Shown here piece after piece: positions 11,172-23,094 of a DNA stretch of 64,000 nt. The notes beneath the pieces were generated by a model. It did not search any database. It was not told the DNA's origin and saw only the letters and a program-made list of their open reading frames with translations. Within the stretch, counting starts at the first letter, position 1. The number at the start of each line of letters is the position of its first letter. The stretch lies in the NCBI GenBank assembly GCA_950097015.1, contig CATNEN010000038.1, positions 5,952,001-6,016,000 on the forward strand. Direction: 5' to 3'. This stretch comes from Macrostomum hystrix. Lineage: Eukaryota; Animalia; Platyhelminthes. The translations under genes were made by a program, and so were the position numbers.

Positions 11172-12132
11172 GTTTATTTTAGCTTTAAAAAGCTGTAAAT
11201 TCAGCTGCTAAACAGTATATACAAGACGAATTAAAAATATTTCTGCTCCCCGAAGGGGGGCAAAACATGCTAGTAATTTAACTATAAATTTAATGGTAAT
11301 CATAGCTTATGACACTCTAAATAATTCCTAAACAAAGTTGTTAGGTCATGACAAACATTTAAAAAATATTTTACTTATTTAATAAAAAAATGATTTTTTT
11401 GGGAGTCCTGAATGTTGGTTCCATTTTGCAAATATATTATTTTTTATATAAAAATTCTGGAAAAAGGTAATGCATACTTTTAATTTCAATTTACATATAA
11501 GTGATTCATTACATAATTTCAGCTCATGATTCTATAATGAAAAGAGCCACCATGGACACCAGCCCTGCACCAAAGCGTTTGTGTCGTCCTTCAAGCCAGG
11601 TGCACAATTTTGAGGCTCCTAACAGTAGAGTGTCCTTTGTGCTCATCTACTTTAAGGAAGACGCATCCTACACAACTTTAACATCAACGTCAGGATTGCT
11701 ACCCAAGTCAATTCAAGGTTCAGACTTGACTGGACTGTAGCGAAAAAGCATCCTCTCTCTCATCATCGATAAATCATCTATGATCCATGATCCAAGTTGA
11801 TAAATCATGCGTATGAACTTTTTAGTATGCTTGCATTTCTATTTGTGTCTTTTTGTATATGCGCTTCTAAACGTTAGTTGGGCCAAATATTTATTAATAA
11901 TTTTCAGGTACTGTGAAAAATGTACTTATCTATTAAAGTACTTCTTTTTAGTGTACTATTAATGCTGTTATTTAACTGAGTCGAATTTACTGTAAGTATA
12001 ATCTATACTCTGACAAAAATATTCGTACCAAAAAGACGTCTTCACCATTGTACAAATCCCTTAAATATTGTTTCACAGTAACATTGCTTGTTGTTTTTTT
12101 GTTTCAGTGATTTAAGTCTACGATAATTGTAA

Positions 12133-12533
12133 GTACTTGGAAGTAGGTCGGTCAACATGTAGTTCAAACATTGAATACTTGGAAAGTACTTGGAAGTAGG
12201 TCGGTCAACATGTAGTTTAAACATTGAATACTTGGAAAGTACTTGGAAGTAGGTCAGTCAACATGTAGTTTAAACATTGAATACTTGGAAGTAGGTCGGT
12301 CGATATGTGGTTCAAACATTGAATACTTGGAAAGTAACTTGGAAGTAGGTCGGTCGATATGTGGTTCAAACATTGAATACTTGGAAAGTACTTGGAAGTA
12401 GGTTGGTCGATTTGTGGTTCAAACATTGAATACTTGGAAGTAGGTCGTTTGATATGTGGTTTAAACATTGAATACTTGTAAAACTTGGAAGTAGGTCGGT
12501 CAACATGTTGTTTAAACATTGAATACTTGGAAG
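12133..12533. repeat. Tandem repeat, about 42-53-bp unit (TACTTGGAAGTAGGTCGGTC...AAACATTGAA)
   Basis: About 8 imperfect copies, some with an extra TACTTGGAAAG sub-repeat. Confidence 0.9.
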
Positions 12534-14063
12534 TTATTATCTGATATAGTTTGGTATCTGACTTGAAAGTAACTTTAAATTCAAAACCAACATCCCAAAC
12601 TTGCCAAGCTTGTAACAATACTTTGCAGTAATTATTCAAGTATGAAGTATGTCATGTTTACTTTCAAAGTTACTTGTTAAGTTTATCATAATTTTTTTTC
12701 TCGGGTACTTGCACTCAATAAAAGGAAGCATCTGAAGAGACAATTTTAGTTAAATATTGTTTATGACAAAAGTCATTAAAATATTATAAATAAAAAAGTA
12801 TAGCTCTATCCCTATTTTCATAAGCCAAAGTACATAACAAAAAGTAAAAATAGGAAAAAATTATTTAGGCCTAGGGCCTATAAAATAGCAATAAGTATTT
12901 ATAGCAATACTTTACCTTTATTCATGAAATTATTTTGAATTCATATTTAGGCCTACTCCAAAATCACAATTTTTAGCTTTTCGCTTTACTATTCAATTTC
13001 ACTTTCAACTTCAACTTCAATTTTAATATTCAATTTTGATATACATTAGCTCTTAAACACAAGTTGTGATACAAAAAGAGACAGAAAAAAAAGAATTTGA
13101 ATGCAAGATATTTTCAAAGTTCTAGAGCCTAGAAAAGAAAGCATCTTATGGTTTTGACACAAATTTAAATTCAATATATTTTTAGAAACAATTTAATTTT
13201 GTCAAATTTAATTATTTGCTATGTAATTCATGATATTTATATTCTTTTTATATTATCCAAGTAATTCCAATTAATTATTCTACTAAATATTACTACCACA
13301 CAAAAAGTATGCAATTCACTACAATTTAAATAAAAGGCCCTAGGCTTTAATAATACAACAGAATACACATTTTATCCTAATTCAAAATAATATGGGTAAC
13401 TTAAAGCTTAATTAAAGTGTTCCTTGAATTTGAATTAGGGCCTATAGAGTTTTAGCTCTTCAAGTTTTTTAAAATGTTTAGGGCCTACCAATTATGCAGA
13501 AGAACATATAAAATAAAGATCTATCAAAAGTTAGATGAGGGACTAGATGAAATTTCTGTGAAATAAATCTACTAAAAATACATCCCTAGGCCTGCCCATT
13601 TTCATATTGAATAGGCCTATGGCAGATTACAATTGGGTTCAAAGCTATAAATTGAAGAAAAAATTTATAGGATTTCAAATCCAGGCCAGACAGTATTCTG
13701 GGCCAAAATTGTTTGTCAGAATAAAAAGTGGCAATGTACGCCAGATAAATTCGGCGTACACTCCATCTTCCTGACTAAGGGCATACTGTCAGTGCCATAG
13801 TGAGCCTGCCAATCAATACCATACACTAAAGGCCTAGTCACAGAAAACGCTTTATTTCTAGGTCTATAATTCAGCGTCATTAAAACAGTCTCGTCTACTT
13901 GTATCTTGTAAAGCTTAGGTTCATACAGCTCTGGTGTACACAAGGTCAAAAGCTATATAAAAGGTATAAATATACGTTTTAAAAGTCTTCAACAACATCC
14001 TCTGAATCCTCTGTATCGGCGATCACAAAATTTGAATAATATCTCTGTCGGCCATGAACATGA

Positions 14064-15644
14064 CAACAACAACAACAAATTACACTGTGAAAAGAAAAGT
14101 TCACAGTGTCACAAGGCACGCCGAAGAGCCAGCTTCCTGAAATTGTCGATTGCTCTTGTCCAAGTCTGATGCTCGCCAAGACCAGCATCGGCGAGCAGGC
14201 CCTCGACATAGCGGTGTGTCCTGGCCTGCCCTCGGCGCAGGGGACCCTGCATGGTCAGCAGCAGGACGTCCTGCGCCGGCTCTGGACAGTAGGCCCCGGC
14301 GCGCACCACATGGCCTGCCAGCTGCAGCCGCCGTCTCCGAAGGGTCTCACTGGGTGGGTGCAGCCCAGCGCGATAGTAAAGGGCGGCGTTGGAGACCCGC
14401 TCCGGGAAGTGGATGCCAAAGGCGGCGCGTAGCAGGGCCGAGTGCGCCGAGTCCAGCTGCCTCTCCAGCGCCTCCGTGGCCGTCCAGGTCTCGGCGTTGT
14501 ACATCAGGACGGTCTCGACCACCGCCTGGAACAGCCGAGCCCTGAGTCGATCAGGGAGGGTCTCGCTCCGCAGGACCGGCCGGATAGTCTGCAGCGCCCC
14601 CCACGCCAAGCCCCTGCGCCTCGCCAGATCTTCTGTGGCACTTGGGACCAGCCCGCCGAGATAAGTGAAGCGGGTGCAGCGAGGGAGGGGAACTGCTTGG
14701 CCGTCGCTAGTGCTGCAGGTGATGTTCGCAGGCAGCTCTGCAGGCACCGTCAGCACTTCCGTCTTCTTGGTGTTGATTACGAGCCCAACACTGGCTGCCA
14801 CTGCCACTAGACGGTCGAGCATCCGTTGTGCGCCTTCCACCGAGGAAGAGAGCAGGGCCAGGTCATCGGCATAGCCCAGCAGGGACAGGCGCCTCTCCGG
14901 GTGTCGGCTGCTCGTTCGTCTGAGCAGCAGGAAACCGTCCGCGTCTGATGGCAGCGCATGCCGCAGCACCCAGTCAAGGACCACCACGAACAAGAAGGGC
15001 GCCAACGTGTCGCCTTGCAGCACCCCTGATGTCGTGGGGAAGGAGTCCGACGGCCCGTCAGGTGTCATCACAGCGGCCACGGTGTTCACGTAGAGCGCCA
15101 TGACGGCGTCCACAAGACGCTGCGGGGCATGGTACGCCCGAAGCACTCGCGGGATGACAGCGCGCGCCACGGAGTCAAATGCCTTGAGGAAGTCTACGAA
15201 GACACAGATCAGCGTGGCCTGGTGAGTGCGCGCTTCTTCGATGACACGTCGGAGGGCGAGGATCTGGGTGATGGTGCCCCGACGTGGCCGGAACCCATTC
15301 TGCTCGGGCCTCAGGTATGGGTCCAGCACTGGCTGCAGCCGCTTCAGTAAGATCTTGTTGAAGAGCTTGGCAGCGCAGGACATCAGGGAGATGCCTCGGT
15401 GCTCCTCCTTCCGCGTGGTGCCTGGTTTCTTGGGGATCGCAACCATGTGGGCTGTCGTCCACTCGACTGGGGCTGGGTCTCCGTCCAGAACCCGGTTCAT
15501 GATGTTCGTCACCGCTTCGGCCACTTGCCTGATCCGCAGGGCCTCTACGGGAACCTTGTCCGGGCCAGTAGCCTTCCCTCCTGCAGAGCTGTTCGCCACC
15601 TCTATCACCTCGGCCACGGTGATGGACCGAGCGTTGAAATACCT
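14064..15644 (-). mobile_element. 5'-truncated non-LTR retrotransposon, RTE-like
   Basis: 11-bp TSD CATGAACATGA at 14053-14063 and 15645-15655. Short 3' UTR with a (TTG)n tail on the minus strand. GC-rich body with an open RT ORF. Confidence 0.93.
14109..15632 (-). CDS. LINE reverse transcriptase (C-terminal part of ORF2; endonuclease lost by 5' truncation)
   Basis: Motifs KATGPD, RGISLMS, QNGFR, FVDFLKAFDSV, GVLQGDTLAPFLF, YADD, FTYLG, and RTE-type MYNAETW and LAGHVVR. The first ~13 codons of the called ORF are flank/junction DNA. Confidence 0.9.
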   Translation of the reverse strand, partial: ARSITVAEVIEVANSSAGGKATGPDKVPVEALRIRQVAEAVTNIMNRVLDGDPAPVEWTTAHMVAIPKKPGTTRKEEHRGISLMSCAAKLFNKILLKRLQPVLDPYLRPEQNGFRPRRGTITQILALRRVIEEARTHQATLICVFVDFLKAFDSVARAVIPRVLRAYHAPQRLVDAVMALYVNTVAAVMTPDGPSDSFPTTSGVLQGDTLAPFLFVVVLDWVLRHALPSDADGFLLLRRTSSRHPERRLSLLGYADDLALLSSSVEGAQRMLDRLVAVAASVGLVINTKKTEVLTVPAELPANITCSTSDGQAVPLPRCTRFTYLGGLVPSATEDLARRRGLAWGALQTIRPVLRSETLPDRLRARLFQAVVETVLMYNAETWTATEALERQLDSAHSALLRAAFGIHFPERVSNAALYYRAGLHPPSETLRRRRLQLAGHVVRAGAYCPEPAQDVLLLTMQGPLRRGQARTHRYVEGLLADAGLGEHQTWTRAIDNFRKLALRRAL

Positions 15645-17199
15645 CATGAACATGAGGTATTTAAACAACATGTAATGAGCTGATTGACTTCTTTACACAT
15701 ATACAAGAAGTATATGCAAGAAAAGCAAATTTATTAGATAAGTTGTTGGCCTAATTTAAAGAAATTTCTATTTTATTTACAGCATTTTTCTCCGGAAACT
15801 TGACGTGATAACAATGCATAAACTATTGCGCCATAAACTACAGGTAATTTGCAAACAACCTTGACGATGCGATTTAAAAAGTGCATCTTTAGCGATGTAG
15901 TAATGAATGTAATCGACTATAATGGGCCAATACATGTTTCCAATTTTCTAGTGGTCATATAGATCGAAGTCACTGCGATTTATTACATACAAGGGTTAAT
16001 TCGATAGTAGAAGTCGCTTGGGAATATTATTATGCCATTGGCAATTTAAATCATTTTATAAAACTTTCACGTCTACTACAGGAAATAGAGCCGCAATAAT
16101 AATCAAGCGCTAATTCGCCAGCGATTCGCTGTCTCTTTGCCGGCGAACTTCGCTGAAGTTCCGCTGATGATTCGCCAGGTGCGGTCAGTGTTGTAAAACT
16201 ATGTTCTATGCTGCAGGAAGAAAAAATCCAGAGAAACACAGCTGCCTGCGACCATAAATATGGAAAATGAAGAAGAAAAAAAATTCGCCCCTATTCGCGG
16301 TCTCGCTGAGGATTCGCCGGCGATTCGCCGGCGGCTTTCCCAGAGGGATACTATCTGTGACACTATCAGCTGTATAGCAAGGACCACTAGGAGTAGGGGC
16401 CTAGTCTACTCCTAGTGGTCCTTGTAAGCCTTGCAAATACGCTTCAGAACATTGTATTTGCATGGCTCACATGATTCGCGTACCCGACGAGGCGTCCGTC
16501 GATCGATACGGCCCAGGAATGTGAGGAAGAAGTTCGGCGAGCGTTTGCTGCATGGGGAGCGTGTGCGTGTGGGCCAAAGAAGCAGCTGCCCCTGTGTTAG
16601 CAATCTCCCAGCGTTTCTCCCTCTCTCCCCATTCTGCCTCTGTTGTGCGCGCTGCTTGAATTTAAATACACTGGAAGCGAGAGGTATAGAGCTTCGCTGC
16701 CGCTTTTCATGTGACTCCGGAGTCCACACAGAAACGGGCCTCTGGCCCGTGGAGCGTTTATCTCTCTGTTGCTGTGGCAGAAGGTAACAGGAAGACAAAA
16801 CTTTCCTGTTATAGTCCAATTGTCTGCGATATGCGCCGACACCTCCTTATCCAGACCTATGTGACGAAGAGACCATGTTTTTAGTAATTTCGTCAAATAT
16901 AAAAATGGCAGCCAATCGAGGTGACTAAATTTCGTGGACACTTCGTACTTTAAAGTAGAATTGGATTAAGCGATTTTCTGCTGTATTCGTTCAATGTGGT
17001 GATGCATCTAAAATTAATCGTTTCTCGAGATCCTGGAAAAATTGATGCAAAGGATAGGATAAAATGGATACAAGCAAAAATTTTCAATGATTTATATCGC
17101 TAATTTTGCTAATGCAGGTGACGACCGAAAGACTCGCAAGTTGCAGATGATATAATCATATGTTGCAATTTTAATGGCGTGCAGTAGCAGTTGGATTGA

Positions 17200-18100
17200 C
17201 AAAGCGTCCATAAGCGTCACGCGGCAGCTGCAGCGAGACTTGCCTCGTCTATCCAACTCTGCCTCCTATATAGTCGCTAACATAAAAAAACATCGGACGG
17301 GACTTATCAGACCACGCGACTGTGCTAGTTTTGTACATCTCGTCATCACCATGCAGTTAAGGATTGAGGAATGATGGTAGGGTGCGAGGTGATAAACTTC
17401 ATGCATTCATCGCTTCACCTCCGGACGGTAAGTGGCGATCGCAATTCGGTCTGCTGTTGTCGATATCGGGCCGAAAGAGGCGCCCCGCGCGCACTAAGCC
17501 CTCCTGGGGATTCAGCCGAAGAGCGACCAAACAGTCTTCGAGCCTATACATTTGCATGCGCATGTCGAAAATTTTCCGAGCTACTTCTCCGATCCCTGCC
17601 TGACTATATACATGATCACTGCCCGGACTTCGACCTAAGGCCAGTGTCCGCTCCTGGCATATCCTATTGTCCTTGAAGAAACTATCGAGGTGCCAGATTT
17701 CTCCCGAGCGCAGCATGGTTCCAGTTTAGCCGCGTGCTATAATTGATGAAGACCCAGCATCTCCTAAATAAAAGGCAGCGCACAAAACCATGGCAATAAC
17801 CAAAAAGTCGGCGGCATCCAAGAACTGCAAGAAAACAGAGGTCCTCACTGTTCCGCCCGACATTCCGGCCGCGACCGAAACTGAAGTCTGACGAAGACGC
17901 GTGACACCGCTCCCTGATCGCTGCGAACAATTTTAAGTACGTGGGCGGACTGGTGCCATCCATCACTACGGGACCGCAGAGGCCATTACATAGTTTTTTA
18001 GGGCCATCAGAACCGTCGTGCATGCACTGTCGTTCTCGAGATGGTGCTATTACAGTGCTATTACACTAAGCCGAAACCTGGACGGTAAACACCACTCTGT
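17200..18100 (-). pseudogene. Highly degenerate LINE remnant (AP-endonuclease-like)
   Basis: Fragments across frames resemble APE motifs in the expected order: DF...NVGRN, RRLFGYC, RSGEIWHLDSFF, SDH. Many stops and frameshifts. Confidence 0.35.
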
Positions 18101-19365
18101 AGCGGCAGCTGGACGCTGCGCATTCAGGCCTGCTGCACGCCGCCTTCGCCATTCACTTCCACGAGCGCAAAAGCAATGCCGAGCACGCGCTGCGTCGCAG
18201 TCCGGGCGCCGGTGTCCGGTCCGGAAGTGTCGAAGTGCTAACGAAGTGTCGCATGGCCCTTACGCTCCACTTCCTCTCGTGCATGGTCCATCTGTCCATC
18301 CGCTGCTTCACTTAAACCCGCTCCGTCCTCTTATAACTGCAGGCTGCAGGCCGCTTTCCTGGTCCAGTTGATTTCGTTGTTTTCTTCGCCACGCCCTCCG
18401 CCGCCAACCGATCCGCCTTTTTATTACCTTCAACTTCGACATGCCCTGCCACTCACTTCATCTTTAGAACTCCATATCAGGCTAGTAGCTTACGATCTTA
18501 TTCCAACAGTGTCAAGTGTCCAGTCAGTCGCTCCTCGCCACCTATCCTGTATAGCCTGGAGCGCTGCTTGGCTGTCGCTGATGACTGTGGCCGTCGGCCG
18601 TGTCTAGCCATAGTCGATGGCCATCCGCAGAGCGCGGATTTCGGCCTGCGTGGATGAGCATCCGATGAAGTCTGTAGCTTACTCGGTAGTATTGGCAGCC
18701 CGGCTTCCTTCCAGGTGCACCTTGGCCAGCCATGGGTACTACGCCTATGCTGGCTGCATGCTCCAGTATATGCAGCCAGCACAGCTTTTTCAGCTTGTGG
18801 ACCCTCGCTTCAGCCTTCGTGGTCATAATTCGTACGTGTTCTACTTCTATGACTGTTTGTTTTTTGATCCAACGTGAACCCTAGGTATCGTGGGTTCGTC
18901 GTCATCGTGGTGATAAGGCCCTTTCCGATTTTTAGGTCCATTTGCATCCTTCAGTCTGCTTTGGTTGTTGCTGAAGCTGACGTTTTTTGTTGTTCTTGTC
19001 TGTACATCGCTGTCCGTCTGTTCAGCCACCATGTCTGCACATATATGGCAATATTTCTTTTCAGGTGGCCATGGTGCTGTGGCAGAACAAACTAATAAGC
19101 ATAGTACAGAATCTTTCAAATTGAACTTCTTCCACTGCTTGGAGATTGTGTAAGGCTTGCGTACTGTGTACTTCACTCCCTTTGTGTCTGGCCACTCCAG
19201 CCAATCAGCGCCTTACACGTGCGCTCAGCTATCATCTCTCACCTGCCGTACCCCCACCCAAATTATCGATCCATCAAATATATAGTGTCGCCCACTGGGC
19301 AGCGCTCAGTTAAGCATTACTTTCGACTACTAACTAAAGTCTCTACAGTGGCATCGCAAGCAGTC

Positions 19366-22330
19366 ATGTCTGTGCCCCTACACCTGCCCCCACCTGAGCC
19401 TTTCGATACACAGAAAGAGCCACACAATCTCGCGGCGCGGTGGGCAGAATGGGCCAGCCGGTTCAAGTGCTTTGTGACAGCTAGCGGCATTTCAAACACG
19501 CAACAGCAACGCGAAATTCTGCTATACGTCGGCGGTAAACAGCTTTACGAAGCCTACGCAGAGCTGACCACACCAGGCGAGTCACTCGACGATCTCCTGA
19601 AGGCCTTCAAAGAGCACTTCAGCAGCAGGCACAACCCCGTGTTCGTGCGGTACGAGTTCCGGTTCTGCACTCAACAGCAGGGCGAGTCCATCAACGCTTG
19701 GGTGCAGCGGCTGTACAAGGCAGCAGAGGGCTGCGATTTCCAGACCCAGCGCGACCCCATCATCAGGGACCAGATCGTTGCCGGCTGCCAATCAGACCAG
19801 CTGCGCCGCAGGCTGCTGCAGACACCGAACATCGGCCTTCAGGACGTCCTGCAGCAGGCCAGAGCCTTCGAATCGGTGGACCTCCAGTCAGCGGCTATCG
19901 AAGCCCGAAAGTCCGACTCTGTGAATGCTGTTCGGCGAATCGAGAGGCCAGTGAGATCGGAGCAGCCCAGAAACAGCAAATGCATCCGCTGCGGCGAGCC
20001 GGGCCACAGAACTTGCGAGGTGGCCCGCGGAAAGACTTGCCGGAGCTGCAACAAAGTTGGGCACCTAGCGAAGGCCTGTCTGTCGAAACCGTCACTGAAC
20101 GAGGAGGGCGCACACCATCACCGAGGAGCAGCAGCCCGTACTGCACGGGCCTGATGACAGTGACAGTAGCAGCGAGGTCTTCTGCCTCTCCCCTCTGAGA
20201 AAGAGGCTGCCGCTCGTGAAAGCCGACATCAACGGTCGTGCCACAGACCTGCTTATTGACAGCGGCGCGAGCTGCAACCTGATGGACGTCAAGACCTTCA
20301 AGGCCATCGAGGGCACTGCGGCCCAGCTTGGTGAGTCTCAAAAAAAGTATTCCCGTTCGGCTCCAGCAAGCCGCTGACGACATTGGGCAAGGCCACCTTG
20401 TAAACGACCGTCTACGACGTCAGCGCCCGCATCAGCTACATCATCGACAAGGAGAGCTGTACCACGATCATCGGCCGCCAGACCAGCGAGGAACTCGGCA
20501 TTCTGCGCATCGGGCCAAGCCAACCGACGGTCTGCCAGCTGGCAGAAGCCAAGAAGCTGCCGAAGTCTCTCAATACAGCCCTGGAGGCAGCAGCATGTTG
20601 TGATTGACAATGCTTGCGCATATGCTTGAAAACTGACAATGAACTATTGACCATATTGAATGCATGCGTGGGCGCATACTGCACTCAGGCTAGAGTGAGT
20701 AGGATTGCGTATTGATTTGTCAACGTGCATTATTAAGCAACGTGCAAGTAGGAGATGAACTCTATAAATATAATGTGAGCGAGACTTGTGTCTCTGAGCG
20801 TGAAACTTCAATCAACAAAACTCTTGCGTTAATTAGAACACAACACAGCAGCCGAGGCGAACGACCGGACGCTACCAGAGCAGGTGCGCCTAGCCAACAT
20901 CCTCCGGGCACATCGCCAACGATTCGAGGGCATCGGCTGTGTCAAGGACGTCAAGGTCAGCATCCACCTACGCGAAGAAGCCGTGCCTGTCTGCCACCCA
21001 CCCAGCCGAGTCCCGGTGCACCTGCGGGAGGCAGCGCAGCGCGAGCTAGACGAGCAGTTCGCTGCCGGCATCATCGAGCGAGTGAAGGGACCGTCCGACT
21101 GGGTGGCCCGCATGGTGGTGGTCCCGAAGTCGCAGCCGGGCCAAGTGCGCATCACCCAGGACCTGCGGGATGTTAACAAGTTCGTTTGCCCGAGAAGCAG
21201 CCTATCCCGACATTCGAGGAGGTCACAGACGAAATGGCGGGCGCGCGCTACTTCTCGGAGCTCGACATCAACAAGGCCTTCCATCAGATCCGCGTCCGGG
21301 AGGAATCGCGCCACTTGCTGACGTTCTCCACGCCAAAGGGCCTCATGCGACTGACGCGCCTGTGCATGGGCTTCACGTCAGCGTCGGAGATCCTGCAGAG
21401 GGTCATGACCACCGTGCTCGGCGGCCTGCCCGGCGTCCGCTGGGTGCACGATGACATCATCATCTATGCCAGAAACATCAAGGACCACAACCAGCAACTG
21501 GCGGCAACTCTGCAGCGGCTGGAGTCCTACAACGTCACCCTCAACCCGGCGAAGTGCAGATTCGCGGTCAGGGAGGCGACTTTTCTCGCGGCGGCCGTAC
21601 CACCCGGCGGCGAACGGCGTCACGGAACGCGTCAACCGATCAATCAACAAGACCATCAGGATTGCCAAAATCGAGTCAACAGACTGGCGGGAGGCTCTGG
21701 AGGACTGGCTAGAAGCCTACCGCAACACCCCGCATTCGAGCACGGGGTCGACGCCAGAGCCTTGAACTAGCCGAGCTCATGTTCCAGCGGCAGGTCCAGG
21801 ACGTCATCCCCAGCGTGCAACAGCGACGCCAGCAGCCGCGCAACCTGGCGTCCATCAGGGCCCGCGACAACGAGGCCAAGCAGCGGATGTCCCGGTACGC
21901 CGACGACCGCCGAAGGGCCGCAAGCCACGACATTAGAGCCGGCGACGCGGTGCTACGCAGGCGGCGACCAGCGGCCAAGACAAAGACACCCTTCGAGCCG
22001 GAGCCCTGGGCCATCGACGAGGTAAAGGGCGACTCCCTGGTCCTGAGCAGAGGGCGCCAGACCTGCATGCGCCACATCACGGACCTAAGGCACCTGCCCG
22101 CAATCGACCAGCCACCGACGCCACCGCCTCCAGCCGGGTCTACGCCACCAGTGGAGCCACCAGCGGCAGCGGCACCACCAGCGGCACCAGAGGCGCCTAC
22201 AGCGCTGCTACCGGCGCCACCCCAGGCGCAGCCACGGACGGCGGGAGGCCGTGCATCGCCGCCGAACGTCTCGAGGTGCCCCCTGCCGCGCGCGTGCAAA
22301 ACCAGTCGACTGTGTCTCTATTGCGAGTAA
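19366..22330 (+). pseudogene. Disrupted gag-pol (Gag with Cys/His knuckles, protease DSG, RT, integrase C-terminus)
   Basis: Gag starts MSVPLHLPPPEPFD at 19366. Protease LIDSGASCN, RT LDINKAFHQ and WVHDD, integrase PYHPAANGVTER and YRNTPHSSTG. Several frameshifts, a nested solo LTR, and a deletion at about 21590 that removes RNase H and the integrase N-terminus. Confidence 0.9.
20596..20845 (+). mobile_element. Solo LTR of an unrelated family nested in Gypsy element 2
   Basis: 250-bp AT-rich insert with inverted termini TGTTGTG...CACAACA. 5-bp TSD CAGCA at 20591-20595 and 20846-20850. Internal TATAAATA box. Confidence 0.9.
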
Positions 22331-23094
22331 AACTGACCTGTGAAAGCACTCATCATCATGGTATTCAATATGCTGTCTCTTATCACTACTTCCGCATCAT
22401 CGTGCAATACTCGTCATTCATTTGCCATGTCAACAATCTATTACTCACTAATTTTAAATCCCTGTTGGAGGTGGGAGCGCCTGTTTTGCTTTATTCAGAT
22501 TTAGTCTTTGTTGCCACCTTGCTCGTGTTAATCTCCTATTTTAATTTCATTTGGGGAAGGATGTAAGGCTTGCGTACTGTGTACTTCACTCCCTTTGTGT
22601 CTGGCCACTCCAGCCAATCAGCGCCTTACACGTGCGCTCAGCTATCATCTTTTACCTGCCGTACCCCCACCCAAATTATCGATCCATCAAATATATAGTG
22701 TCGCCCGCTGGGCAGCGCTCAGTTGAGCATTACTTTCGACTACTAACTAAAATCTCTACAGAGATCAAGGCATCGATACGACCATATCTCACACCCAATT
22801 TTAAAATCATGTATATTATGCTTGTACTCAGCTCATCGTAATCAGCTATCCGCTGCAAAAGTCTTCAATGTAAATGTACTTCGGTGCCGTGGGTATGGAT
22901 ACGGTTGCTGGGCCCCAACTATCGACCAATAAAGGCAAGCTTTTAAGTTTATGAGTATTCTATTCCATAACAGTAAATATTATGACATTATACCATTAAT
23001 ATATATGCTTTCAGCGCGTTAATGGAAAATCAGAGGGCGCCGTTAGACGCCCGAGGATTTTTCAATGACGCCCGCAAAGCTTGGGTATCAATTT

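Larger units (their letters stand above)
6529..11273 (+). mobile_element. Non-autonomous Helitron carrying two tandem arrays
   Basis: 5' end A|TCTAATATACTAAAAATGAAA. Its leader (CGAACGGCTCAACCGATTTTCACCA) resembles the leader of the autonomous Helitron at 31868. 3' end is the hairpin GCTCCCCGAAGGGGGGC, then AAAACATG, then CTAG|T. No TSD. Confidence 0.8.
19149..22760 (+). mobile_element. Defective Ty3/Gypsy (Mag-like) LTR retrotransposon
   Basis: 199-bp LTRs at 19149-19347 and 22562-22760 (TGTAAGG...CTCTACA, 5 substitutions). PBS TGGCATCGC at 19349, PPT GGGGAAGGA. Probable TSD GAGAT at 19142-19146 and 22761-22765. Confidence 0.95.

Noticed and set aside
9712-11211. Long ORFs with GDHCQL / WGIIVN / MIPQLT repeats
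   Set aside because: They are translations of the 18-bp satellite and G-run changes shift frame at random. There is no gene context.
13716-14052. Possible host exon interrupted by the LINE
   Set aside because: The reconstructed empty site has stops in all three minus-strand frames and no recognisable motif.
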